Shown here: positions 36,056 to 48,929 of the stretch, piece after piece
How the letters are laid out: the number at the start of each line of letters is the position of its first letter
Position numbering within the stretch: position 1 is the first letter of the stretch
Position numbers and translations under genes: made by a program
The notes under the pieces: generated by a model
Databases searched by the model: none
What the model saw: the letters and a program-made list of their open reading frames with translations, nothing else
Told to the model about the DNA's origin: nothing
Assembly (NCBI GenBank): GCA_965645245.1
Contig: OZ287075.1
Span: 1,922,001 to 1,986,000, forward strand
Length of the DNA stretch: 64,000 bases
Direction: 5' to 3'
From: Massalongia carnosa
Taxonomy: Eukaryota

Positions 36056-36928
36056 ATGTCCTACTTCACCACTCTTCTCACTTCCACCACCTCCCGCTAC
36101 GCATCTTTCCGTCGAACTCTTCTCTCCTCCTCATCCGAAGATGATTCCTCTGTCGATGATCCGGAGGCGTCCCATGTCAGCCGCGTCCTTCGTGCCTATT
36201 ATAAGGAGAAAAACCGCCCCTTCCCCACTTGGCTTGGCACCGATCCTCGAGCTGTGGCTCAAGCCCAGCAACCACAGCAGAGCTTCGTAGGCAGCGCGCA
36301 GGGAAGCTTACGCGGGCAAAGCTACAACACCCCAGGAAGCGGCAACGCCGGAGGAGGACTAGGCGATATCTGGGCTGATAGCCCTACTGGAGAACAATCG
36401 CAAGAGGAGCCAGGGAGTCTAAGGAGAGGAATTAGGCAGAGGCCTGGAATACGAGGATCGGAGGTAGGGACGCAACAGCAGCATCAGCGCTCGCAGAGCG
36501 GGGAGCCATTGAATGTGAGGCAGCTGCCTAGTCAGCGCGATGGGAGCTATCAGTCACAAAACCAAGGATATAATCAGCAGCAGCAGGGACCGGGGCGGAA
36601 TATGAGTCCTGTGCCGCCTAGCTCTGCGAGTTCGGGGGGAAGTGTACAGGAAAGATTGAAGGCAAGGTTAGGGGGAAGGTCAGCCGCAACACCAAGTCCG
36701 CCACTCAGAGACCTTGGAGGGAGTGGTAGTGAAGGAGGGGGATCTGGTGCTCACAACGATAGGGGTGCGAGAGGAAGGCCTTATGTTGGAGCGGGAAGTC
36801 CTTGGAGCGGAGGGGACGAAGGGTATAATGGTGGTGTAGGGGTGGGACATGGATACGATGGGTCCGGGAGGAGAAGAGATTTGCCGGGATATGGGATGGG
36901 GCCACCTGTCGGGCAGAGACCTAGATGA
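36056..36928 (+). CDS. MSO1: Mso1-like Sec1-binding protein
   Basis: N-terminal SHVSRVLRAYYKEKNRPFPTWL matches the Mso1 Sec1-binding motif; disordered G/Q/S-rich remainder. Confidence 0.75.
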   Translation: MSYFTTLLTSTTSRYASFRRTLLSSSSEDDSSVDDPEASHVSRVLRAYYKEKNRPFPTWLGTDPRAVAQAQQPQQSFVGSAQGSLRGQSYNTPGSGNAGGGLGDIWADSPTGEQSQEEPGSLRRGIRQRPGIRGSEVGTQQQHQRSQSGEPLNVRQLPSQRDGSYQSQNQGYNQQQQGPGRNMSPVPPSSASSGGSVQERLKARLGGRSAATPSPPLRDLGGSGSEGGGSGAHNDRGARGRPYVGAGSPWSGGDEGYNGGVGVGHGYDGSGRRRDLPGYGMGPPVGQRPR

Positions 36929-37367
36929 CCTGTTCTTCGAGATGCAGCTTCCCACTACGGAGATGTGGTAACCATGGTAGTTCAAGAAGCTCGCATGTTT
37001 TTCATACCTCATGAACTTTGAAAGAATATCATCAGAGACACGGAAATAGTTTTCCTGCTACAGGAGTGCCCGCAACAACTTCGTTGTGCATAGTAAGCTC
37101 TATGACGGTTCGACCGGACGAACGTGAACCTAACGCAAACCACTAGTTACAGTAGAATAGAGATTAGTCTGCGGACTGCCTTTTGCCCGGTAGGGCTAGG
37201 GGCCCGCTTCACTTTGCGGCGGAGGAGTGAGCCCGCTATTAACACGCTAAACCTATTTGGGTTTGTGCGTCGTGTTCTATTTTGTACGCAGTTTCAATTA
37301 TTTCCTTTGAAAGATACCCTACTGACCCATTAGGGTCTCTCTTTCGTTTCTTTACCACTTACTAGTC

Positions 37368-40218
37368 ATGATACGCATAAAGCGCTCTTGGGTCCTTGCC
37401 GTAGTCCTTCTTTCTCTTCTTTCTAGCTGGGTTGACGCTTTAGATGCTCTTACAGAAAACGCGAAGCTCTCGAACGAGTCGCTTCTATGGGGACCTTATA
37501 GACCTAATCTGTACTTCGGGGTCAGGCCACGGATACCCAAGAGCTTGACTACTGGGCTGCTATGGGCGAAGGTGGACAGTTTTGATTCGGTTCAGCATAG
37601 TATGTTTTCGTGGTGAAGCCATCCAGTCTGATTTCTCGAGAGTATTGGAGAGAACCCTAGGCTGATACCGGGCGACCAGACTTTCGGCACACATGCGAAC
37701 AACATGAGGGAATGGATGGCTATGGCTGGGACGAATATGATGTTCGACACGGCGGGCGCCAAACTATTCATGATGCAGGCAACATGATCGATATCATCAC
37801 CGAGTTCGTCAAGATCCCTGGGGGACAACATGGTGGAAGCTGGGGCGTGCGAATAAAGGGTAAACCTAGAGATGATGCCCAAGAGCGACTGGTAACGACT
37901 ATGATTTTCTACGCTGCGATGGAAGGGTTTGGGAGCTTGAGCGTTAAGAACGAGGCTGAAGCGCTGGGAATCGAAGGGACTGTAACCTTGGAAGGGTCGA
38001 CTAGTGAACTAGGCAGCTTTACACTTGAGGTCACAAATGGTCCGGATTCGAATAAACATCCTCCGCCAAGTCATCAGAGTTATGCGTCAAAACCGCTGGA
38101 TCGGACAATGGTGACAAGCTTACAGGTGCCGGATGATCGGATTTGGCAGGCAAAATGTACGTGTAACCACTCCTAATTAGCTATTTCTAGCTTTCTTAAA
38201 AGCTCTAGCTGATTTTACCATTCTTCGAGCGAAGCACTCCTATTTGCTCATTTGAAAAAGGAAATCGATGAAATGATCGCCGAGTATGGTGCTGAGAATG
38301 CTCCTCCACCGTGGCAGACTTTTACCATTGCAAATAACATACAAGAAGGGAACATGCATTACGTGCAGAAAGTATTTGAAGGAGCCTTCGAGGTGAGTGG
38401 AGAGGAGGAGGAGATTTTCAAGATTGACAAATGTCGCAGTTTGATATAATATACTCGTCGGCCTCAGCAAAGGCGCCAATTTCTTGTAAGCATGAGTTTC
38501 GCTTTCCTTGGTGTCTTTTGGCTCATCTGCTCTAGCAAAGGATCTGACGAAAGCAATAAAGACGTCAATGAAGTCCTTTTCGGATCGGTTCTCGAAGCTG
38601 GTCGTGCCAAAGGCTCCATTTGATAATACAAAGTACCAGCAATTTGCTAGATCCATGCTCTCCAATCTGCTCGGTGGTATTGGCTATTTCTACGGAGATG
38701 CGGTGGTGGATAGGTCCTATGCGCCTGAGTATGAGGAAGAGAACGAGGGCTTTTGGGAGGAGACTGCCGAAGCTCGAGGACGACCCGGCGTTCATAAGCT
38801 TGAAGGCCCTTCAGAACTTTACACCAGTATCCCCTCGAGGCCGTTCTTTCCCCGAGGATTTTTATGGGATGAGGGTTTCCACCTGCTGCCGGTAGTAGAC
38901 TGGGACATGGACCTGACGTGAGGATCTTAGCCAAAGATCGAAACTTTGCTAACCGCTGCCTAGGCTTGAGATTGTGCGAAGCTGGTTCAATCTCATGGAC
39001 GAGGATGGATGGATCGGGCGGGAGCAGATCCTCGGCCCGGAAGCTCGAAGCAAAGTCCCCGTAGAGTTCCAAGTCCAATACCCTCACTACGCAAACCCGC
39101 CAACCCTATTCCTAATCCTCGAAACCCTCGTCGACAAGCTCCAGGACAAAGCCTTGTATAAACCCACCACTGACCCACTTGAACATATCCGCAGCGCGCA
39201 CCTGCAAAATCATGAGATCGCCATCAGTTATCTACGCGAGCTGTATCCAAAATTTAAACGCCACTACTTTTGGTTCCGCAAAACCCAGCAGGGTGACATC
39301 AAATCCTACGACCGCAACGCCTATTCTCAAAAGGAGGCCTACCGTTGGCGTGGCCGCACCCCGCAGCACATACTCACTTCTGGCCTCGACGACTACCCCC
39401 GCGCCCAACCCCCGCACCCCGGGGAGCTGCATACGGATTTGATCAGCTGGATGGGGCTGATGACGCGCTCCATGAAACGCATCGCCGATGTCATCGGTGA
39501 GAGAGATGAGGCGAAAGAGTTTAAAGGGTACGAAACCGCCATTATAAGAAACATTGACGATCTGCATTGGAGCGAGAAGCACCAGACGTACTGCGATTCC
39601 ACCGTCGATGACTACGAGGAAAGCGTGCACGTGTGCCACAAGGGCTATATTTCCATATTTCCCTTCCTAACGGGCTTGATTCGTCCGGACAGTCCGCGCC
39701 TGGGCGCGATTCTAGACTTAATTGCCGACCCGGAGGAGATTTGGAGCGAGTATGGGCTCCGGAGTTTGAGCCTGAAAGACGAATTCTATGGCACTGAGGA
39801 GAATTACTGGCGGAGTCCCGTGTGGTTGAATATTAATTACCTCGCCGTCAAAAGCTTGCTGGTTCGTTTCTCTTTCTCACCCTCCATCCCCTCAGCTTAC
39901 TTCCGCTCCACCTCCTTGCTTTAAGTACTCAACCCCTCCTAACCCGCAAATCCTATACAGGATCTCGCCACCACAACCGCCCACCCCTCCCCCCACTCAC
40001 CGCGCGCGATGCGCCTCTATAACCAGCTCCGCCGCAACCTCGTGCTGACCGTCTTTGCCGAGTGGGAGCGCACGGGATTTGCGTGGGAGCAGTACAATCC
40101 TGAGACTGGACGGGGGCAGCGCACGCAGCATTTTACCGGCTGGACGAGTCTGGTGGTGAAAATTATGGAGATGCCGGAGTTGGAGGAGGGAATGAGGGAG
40201 GGGCATGAAGAGTTGTGA
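37368..40218 (+). CDS. CWH41: ER mannosyl-oligosaccharide glucosidase I (GH63), multi-exon
   Basis: Signal/anchor; [70 protein letters not shown]-terminal HEEL. Confidence 0.97.
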
Positions 40219-41555
40219 ATTTTTGGGGGGAAAGGGGAGAAGGGTTAAGGCGGGAAAAAGCAAAGCGGGAAAGGTGAGTGTTTCTAGCGAGTGTTTTTGA
40301 AAGCACTTGACTACATCGCTACGGCTTGTGTACAAGTAAATCTTAGCAATGTCCTACTTCCTTACTACCAAATCTCTAATCAGTACCCGAGTTCCGCGCT
40401 TGGTAACTCCCACTAATCCTCTCCCCTGTTTCATATTTTAACCTTTCTGCTGATACCAACCTTCTTACTTCCCTTCCCTATCTTTCCATTGCGCTACCTG
40501 CCTACTTATCTTTCTAATCCATGCCTCTGTTTATCCAACTACCCATCTATCTCGTCATCTTCATACCTGTCAGTCTTTCTTCGCAGTGCTTCACTAAAGA
40601 CAATAAACAAAATGAATAATGAACCAGAACCAGGAATATTGAGAGATTTGATAATGCTAGACACATTCTGTATAATAGAGAATATAAATCACGATTTGTA
40701 GCTTAAGAGGGAAAACGGCAGATTGAAAAAGATAAAATGAAAAAAACATCGAGAGCTTGGAAAGCGGATTTTAGAAGTCGATCAGGCGAACATAGTTTTG
40801 CTTAGCACCCAAAGAAACGCCTCCCCACAGCAGCAGTTCCGTTCCGTGTATGGGCTTTCCCGGATTTCAAAACACCATCAGATTTCAGTTGTATCGTCTT
40901 TTGGGGATTTCCCTTTGCCGTTGGATAGTTTCTGATCCGCATTATGAGGGAACAGGAGGGAGGGAAGGCCGAAGCGGCTGATGCAATAAGGAATGATAAA
41001 ATCGATTCTGGCTATTGATCGATTAAGAATTCGCGAACCGTTTGGTGCGATGAGCAATATTTTCCCGAAACCCATACATTTGTGACTCATGTGACTCCCA
41101 TCCGTGTCAAATGCTCTCCCGCTCACTAAGATCGATAGTTCCCGCGCAGAACGGCCGTTTTTGTTTTTCCCTGTACGGGTTTGAGTCTTTTCCAAAAAAC
41201 TTGAGCTCCAAACCCATTGAAAAACAGCTTGCATCATCAATAATTTCACCAGGACTATCTAGCAAGAGGTCCTCTGATTGTTGGATTCTGGAAAGCTGCC
41301 CGATTTGAATGGCACCTTACTTCTAACGAGATTTAAAAGGTTACTTAGGCACAGCGATATCTTAAAGTTCACCAAAGTTATCATGCTATGACGCTCAATG
41401 TTGAAGCTGCACAACGACTAGGACTATCCGACTTTTGTAGCTTCGAAACGCGTGTTGCGTTGCACATGGTTTCTATTCCTACTCTATCTTCTTTTGGACT
41501 TGCTGCGCTGACAATCTTTCTTTCTGTATACTCATCGTCCTTGTTTTTCCTCATC

Positions 41556-42382
41556 ATGCGTTTGATCTTGACAGTCTTCTTTGCGGCTCTTCCCATCGTG
41601 GTTGCCAAACCAATTCTAGACCAGTCCTCCGATTCCCAACTGTTCGCTTCACCATTAAGCAATTTAGGAGACTTGGGTTACTCTGAGATACCTGCTTTGA
41701 GCCCAGATGATACAGTTAACTCGGATTTTAATTCTATTAACCAAGTCAACCCTACTCAGGCTAGTTCTGACCTTCCGTTACCTCTGCTGAACGACCCGAC
41801 CACATTAGTGAGCTCGAATGCCCAGGAAAGCCCATGCCGTGATCACGGCAAGCGAACAATTGGTAAACTGCGAGCACGCAACCAAGACATCTGCATTCCT
41901 CGAGGACAAGATGGTTCCATTGAAGAGGAAGCGCCCGATCCAGAAAACGAGTCCGAAAACCTACAAGCACCAAGCAACAATAGAGGAAGCACACAGCGAC
42001 AAAAGCATCCATGGATAATCACAAACACAGAGGAAGAAAGAGGAAGGATGTGTCCCAGAGCTCTCCCTTACCGAGTCTGTTGCAATGGACCTGGGTATAC
42101 TTTCTTCAACGACGTCTGGGTCGTCATGGCTACATGTATATTTTGTATGCCCCTCTTGCTGGCCTCGACTGCAATTTCTCTTAATCAAGGTATAGATAAC
42201 CCTGCATTGGACCAGTGTAAACCTATGTACAAGAACTATTGCTGTCACAACTGGTCGGTAAGTTTTCACCTATCCATCCAGTGTTCTTTGGAATATCTAA
42301 AGCTCTGACACGGAGCTATCTTCAGTCTAAAGATGGTCGAGGACACGTTTGCATGACGGCTGGCATAGCCATGTTTCGATGA
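41556..42382 (+). CDS. secreted Cys-rich protein with a C-terminal hydrophobin-like C-CC-C-C-CC-C domain (3 exons)
   Basis: Signal MRLILTVFFAALPIVVAKP; acidic pro-region; introns 42145-42195 and 42258-42325 give an 8-Cys C-terminal domain. Confidence 0.75.
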
Positions 42383-42935
42383 TAGGTATAAAATTCAGGC
42401 TACTCAGGCTATAGTGTTTAGAGCAACTAGAAGCAGACGGAAGCCTTCGTCAATCAGGAACTATGCAATACGTTAATCGAGTGCTGAAGAAGTGACTTAC
42501 ACCCTACGGGCCGACGATAGCGTCCAGGATGAAATTAGTCAGGGCAAGATCTCGACCTGAAGTGACATTATGTCAAGATTTTCTTTGATTTCGAGCGGAC
42601 AGAAGCCTTTTATTGTTGCAGTCCTGGCAACTTGTGTAGAGCAAAAAGGAATATAAAGAATTATTTAGGAAAGTTGGATATAGTGTGATAAGCCATCGAT
42701 GACCCAGTTTTTCGGATCATTCTTGTCGAACCCCACAGTGCAGAGTATTCGTACTTAACCCCACCACCCCACCAAGATCTTTCTTTCTAGTTGACGTCAG
42801 AGTCCTTACGTATCTTGACCATATCCTGATTTCCTCGCCTTCAGCAAGCTACATTATTTACCCTCTCTGCCCACTGATCATAGCTTGAATTTCTAAAACC
42901 AACATAATATCACTCAAGCTCGCGGGCACCCAAAA

Positions 42936-43864
42936 ATGTCTTACAATGATGCCTACGGCTCTCAACAAGGCAACGAAGGTCGCCGAGGGTTCAACCAACG
43001 AGGATACAACCAGGAAGAGAACATAGGTCACCAACGAAATACTGAAGACGACAATGATGGTCGCCGAGGATTCAACCAACAAGACCAATCCGAGTATGGC
43101 GGCGGAGGCCGTGGGTCTGACAACTACTACAACAAACAAAGCTCTTATAATGATGAACCTTCCGGTCGCCAAGGTGGTTCTCACACCCAGCAACACGGTG
43201 ACAATGAATACCAAGGCGCCTTGTCCCACGCCCAGCAGCACTCAACATACGGCGGTGATGCGCCGGAGGAGTCATCGCTTTTCTCTAACGCCCTGGGGTT
43301 TCTAAGTGGCAATAAGCAAAAGATTGTCGATGATGATGATATCGATGAGTCGCAAGCGATCCGTGCCCATAAAGCCTTGTATGGCGGAGGAAACAGCCAG
43401 CAGCAGCATAGCAGTGAAACTGTAGGTGCAGGCGCGGCAATGCAGGCGCTGAAACTATTTACTGGCGGTGGAGCAGGTGGTGGAGGAACGGGAAGCCACG
43501 GAGGTGGAAACAGCCAGAACCAGTTTATCGGAATGGCGATGGCACAAGCAAGTAGTCTCTTCGACCAACAAAGCAGCCAAGGCAAAGTGGTAAGCAAGAC
43601 TTTTTATTCTCTTCTCCCTTGTATGTTCTCAAATCCCTATCCCGTCTTGCCCATTCTCTATTCTCTCCCCATAGGTTGCCTTACCATCCATCATTCATGT
43701 CATTCCGCTGATTTTTTTGTTGGTACCAGGACCCTTCAGCATCCAAGCAAAGCGCCATAAATAGTGCTGCGAAAATGGCATTGAAAATGTATCTCAAGAG
43801 TCAAGGTGGAGGCGGAGGTGGTGGCTCGGGAGGACTGCTGGGTTTAGCAGGTAAATTTCTTTGA
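42936..43864 (+). CDS. Gly/Gln/Asn-rich conserved fungal protein (DUF7721/beta-flanking-like; 2 exons)
   Basis: GAGAAMQALKLF, FIGMAMAQASSLFDQQ, intron 43590-43729, AKMALKMYLKS...GLLGLAGKFL*. Confidence 0.85.
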
Positions 43865-44299
43865 AAACGAGCATGAGAGGTAGCATGTAGTAAAGCAGGC
43901 ATTAAAGATGAAAAATTTTAGGCCTGTTTGTTAGAAATTCTTTGAGTTCCGTTTTTCATTCAGAACGATATAGCGATAACCTTTCATCCTCAAGATCATT
44001 ATTCGGTGGCGAATACATACGATAGGGACTGTAGGAGCTATTGGACTCTACAGCATTTTTGTCTTTATCCTAGTGTCTTCCGTATGTTTTTTAGTTGTCT
44101 TGAAACAAATTCATGTCGAATATCGCGCGAAGACTGTTTGAGATATAATTTACCTTTTTGGCTTTCTTTTCCCAGCCCGTTTTTCTGAATATTCGAAGTC
44201 ATACCGGAGTTTTGAGAATATTTTCGAAAACGAAGTAGGTGGTGTTTAATTCTTACTAGAAATACTATCCTAATCCCTTCTTCTTGCTCTGTACCTCCT

Positions 44300-45061
44300 A
44301 CTCATAGCTAGCACTCACGCTTGGCCATCGAAACACCTTCAACCTCGCCATTTCGCTAGCACTTTACATACTCCCCCGACAATACGTGGGGCTGAGTCAA
44401 CGAAGGCGGCAAGGGCTTAAGTTGCAATCCTAATCTCCTTGATGGTGGAAGATGTTATGCTGGAGATGAAACTTGTAGTTCGCCATTTGACCGAGCCCCT
44501 AATTCAAAAACCACTCTAGCCAAGCTTCCGAAGAAACATCCACTTAGCCCGCTGAAACACAGGATCCTCATTCGAACATTGCGGCGTGGGCTGCTAAGAG
44601 GCAATCGGGATCTACAAAACCGAAGGGCGAGGAAATGGACGGGGGTTGCGGCTTAGTCCACATCAGTGCGCGGTGTGAAGCTAGTCTTCGCTGTTCCAAG
44701 AATGGGTGAGAAACCCTTCTTCTTTCTTCAAGGGGATGGAGAAACCGTTCACGTGGGTACTTTGAATTGATATGTGCTAGGTTTTGTGGTGGGGATGATC
44801 AAGCCTGCCGGTGTGGGCCAACTTAATTCTGGGAAGTGTTATTCGAGAATCATTTTGGTGGGTGCGATTTCGTGCGGGCAGGAGGCTGGAGGGGGGTTAG
44901 ATGAAATTGAGGTTAGTGGAAGGGGGGTTACTGAAGGTGGGACCGCTGGCGATGGATTTAAAGTCACAGATCCGGCCAACGTCGTCAATACGGTGAATGA
45001 TGCTAGCCTGAACATTTACGACAGCGGATATAGGGGGCGAAAACATATCAGTGAATTTTAG
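44300..45061 (+). pseudogene. possible heavily decayed AA9 lytic polysaccharide monooxygenase remnant
   Basis: SCGQ...IEVSGRG...TDP...NIY echoes the AA9 C-terminal consensus (CAQIxVTGGG...TDPG...NIY); upstream frames broken; boundaries approximate. Confidence 0.3.
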
Positions 45062-45326
45062 ACTCCAAATCATCCATACAAGATAGTGCTTTTTCAAGAA
45101 GAAAGAATGCTAGTCCTCCCTGTGCACGAGTCTTTTTGCAGATGATTGAGCAGGATATGACTAGATTATGGACAAGATGAAGATGAAGCATAAGATTTTA
45201 GGGCTAACTGTGCCCTGGGGATTCAGTTGGAGCTAGCCTTTTTAAGTTAGCTATTTAACTAGACTAAATAAGCCATATCCAGAGTGGAAACAATTTATGC
45301 TTGCTGCCTTCACTGTATCATAGCCA

Positions 45327-48300
45327 ATGACTTCAGCGTTGGTTCGAGATGCGGCAACCTTACTGCGTACATCGTGTAAATCATTTCATCTCCATATCTT
45401 CAGCGCTTCGAAACGTTCCGCTTCGACAAGTTGTCCTACAACACTTGACCTCCAATCCATTGATGCAAAATGGCGCTTAAGATGGGCCGAGACGACCACA
45501 AAGTCTGGCAGTCCAAGCAAGAGCGGGAAGCCCAAGCTATACGTACTTTCTATGACCCCTTATCCATCAGGAAACCTACATATGGGTCATTTTCGAGTTT
45601 ACACCATTTCCGATGTCTTGGCACGCTTCAACCGCATGCGAGGTTATGATGTTTTGCACCCCATGGCATGGGACGCTTTTGGATTGCCGGCTGAGAATGC
45701 TGCAATCGAAAGAGGGGTGGATCCAGCAGTGTGGACGGCACATAACATTGGCAAAATGAAGGAAGGGCTCCAGGAGATGAACACAAGCTTTGATTGGAGT
45801 CGAGTATGTCAGTAATCGAGTAGGAACTCGTTTGCTAAGCACGAGTAGATTACACATTTCCTCGATATAGACTGATATATATCTACCTATTCGTTAGGAA
45901 TGTACGACAAGCGATCCAAAATACTACAAGCATACCCAGCGCCTATTCCTTATGCTCTATGAGCGTGGTTTAGCATACCAGGCCGAGTCTCTTGTCAACT
46001 ATGACCCTATCGATAAGACGGTGCTGGCGAATGAGCAGGTACTCACTAACGTATACCATTCCATTAAAGTGTACTAACTACCCCCAGGTTGATGGGAACG
46101 GGTTCTCGTGGAGGTCTGGCGCAAAGGTGGAGCTGCTGAATCTTAAGCAATGGTTCCTTCGTATCACAAACTTTAAGGAATCTTTACTCGCCGACCTTGA
46201 TTCTCTGGCTCAAGATAATCACTGGCCAGAACGAGTTCTTTCGATGCAACGAAACTGGCTTGGGAGATCCCAGGGAGCGAACATTCGATTTGGGGTCGTG
46301 AATGAAGCTAGTGCTGAAGAATCTATTCTGGTTGAAGTATTCACCACGAGGCCTGACACTTTATATGGGGTTCAGTATCTTGCACTTTCAGTAACTCATC
46401 CATTGGTTGTGTCTCTCTGTCAGACGAATCTAGACCTCAAATGCTTTGTCGATCGCGTGCCTTCTCTTTCCATTGACTCGAAGGAAGGGTTTCTATTGTC
46501 AGGGTTCCATGCGAGAAATCCCCTTTCGGTTCTTGAAGATTCACCTGCGACAATGCGGAAAGGGCTGCCTGTTTATGTCGCACCATATGTTCTAGGAAAC
46601 TATGGCCAGGGTGCAGTAATGGGTGTACCTGGCCACGATGCTCGAGATTATGCCTTTTGGAATCAGAACCGTGGTGATGAAAACGTTCTTCGGGTTATTG
46701 TACCCGCTGATTTTAGAGGTAACCCGAAACCCTTGAAGTCCGCTCCTTCCAAGGGAATTGAACCATTTGTTGGCAAGCTAAGCTCAGCATGTGAGGGTTT
46801 GGCAGGTTTCAGTTGTGCCGATGCTTCGTTGAAGATCATGCAAGACCTTGGAAAGGCTGGGAAGCTCGCGGAGAAGGTAGAGACATGGCGATTACGAGAT
46901 TGGCTGATCAGCAGGCAAAGATATTGGGGGACTCCAATTCCAATTATTCACTGTCAAAAATGCGGAACTGTTCCTGTACCTGAGGATGAACTGCCTGTTG
47001 TGTTACCGAAACTCAATGGAGACCGGTTTAGAGGCAAGGGGGGAAACCCCATTGAAGCTTTAGATGAATGGGTAAATAAGAGCTGTCCCAAATGCAATGG
47101 TAAAGCAAGGCGCGAAACAGATACTATGGACACTTTTATGGATTCGTCCTGGTATTTCATGCGTCTTGCAGACCCTCATAACGCTGCCGCACCGTTCTCC
47201 GCTGAAGCAGCCGAAGCTTCCCTGCCGGTTGACATATACATTGGTGGTGTGGAGCATGCGATTTTACATCTTCTCTACGCTCGCTTTGTTTCCAAATTCT
47301 TTGCCTCGACGTCATTTTGGCCATCTGGGGGCGGTAAGAAAAATGCAGGCGAACCATTTCGACGGCTTGTTAGTCAAGGCATGGTCCACGGCAAGACATA
47401 CTCCAACCCTGAGACTGGACGTTTCCTAAAGCTAGATGAGATTGATTTAAGCGATCCATCAAAACCTAGGATGGTCGCAAACGGCCAGACACCCATTGTT
47501 AGTTGGGAGAAAATGAGCAAAAGCAAGTATAACGGCGTTGACCCAAGCGGATGCATAAAAAAATACGGCGCTGATGCAACGCGAGCGCACGTGCTTTTCC
47601 AAGCTCCTGTCAGCGAAGTTCTCGAGTGGGACGAAACCCGCATCGTTGGTATCCAGCGCTGGCTGGGTCGCGTCTGGCGCCTAGTTTTAGATACCCGACG
47701 AGTATTGGAGAAGTCTCAACTTCCGGTGAATAGCTTTTCATCTCCAATGTTAGCTACTCCTCTCAACCCACCTCTACCCAATCCGGCCACTCTCACCGAG
47801 AAGGAAACCCATCAATGGGGTCAACTCCAACGCACCATCCTTTCAATCACAACTAACCTTTCGGAAACATTCACACTCAATACCATCATCTCTGACCTCA
47901 TGGAACTAACAAATACTCTCCACCATCCCAATCAGTATTCCAATCAGCCCGTAAACACAGCACTGCAATATCACACCACAAATACATTGCTGCGCATGCT
48001 CGCGCCTGTTGCACCAGCTTTTGCGGAGGAATGCTGGGAACGCCTTCACTCAAGTCTTAATAGTGGATGTGACCCTCCTTCGATCCCAAGTATTTTCGAA
48101 TCGCCGTTCCCACAAATCGATAGCTCAGTGGCTGCGCTTCAGACGCAAGTTCAGACGTGCATCGTTCAAGAAAACGGCCGATGGCGTCTTGCCGTTGAGA
48201 TTCCGAAACCTAGCCCTGAATTGATGGAACGCGTAAATGAAGCTGACTTAAAGGGGTGGGTTGTGGAGCAGATTGAGAAGACTGTGGAGGGCAAAGCATG

Positions 48301-48385
48301 GTCGAAGAGGTCAAAGGATAGAGGGTTTGATTGGAAGAGGGTAATTGTTGTCAAAGGGGGACGGGTCGTTAATTTTGTCGATTGA
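45327..48385 (+). CDS. NAM2: mitochondrial leucyl-tRNA synthetase (3 exons)
   Basis: Basic presequence; [67 protein letters not shown]. Confidence 0.97.
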
Positions 48386-48929
48386 AAGTCGATGAGAGTC
48401 TGGTCGATATACTAATACCGATGTTGGAGCAGATTTCGGCTAAGATAGAAGATCGAGGAAGTGGTTTATGGTGAAATATCTATTTTTATGTCTACATCAA
48501 TGGAGGAATGAGGAGAAAGGTTGCTGCATTTAGGTTGTATCCGACATCATACGCTTGCTGGAGCAAACCTTCGCTCACGTCCAGTCACGTGAAGTCGCGT
48601 CACGATTTTGAAGAGATAAGGTTTAAACCTTATCGTGAACCGCAAGATCCATGCGATAACCGACGTCACGATTCAATCCAGCCAATCTGAGGCGTAAAAC
48701 AAGCAATATGGTGGGGGGCAAATGCTTCTTCTGTCAACCGTGATGGATGGCCTCCACGTCGTTCGTTGCTGCTATCAAGTATCCGGACCAAATTGCGCGT
48801 TTACTCATAAAGTAGTCCAGATCAGTTGTTAAATTAATATCATTTGAGTATCTCGTTTTTCTCCTTTAACTCTCCAAAACAGTTGTCGGGAAACTACGGC
48901 TCATAATTCGGTTTCCTGCTTATCTTAAT

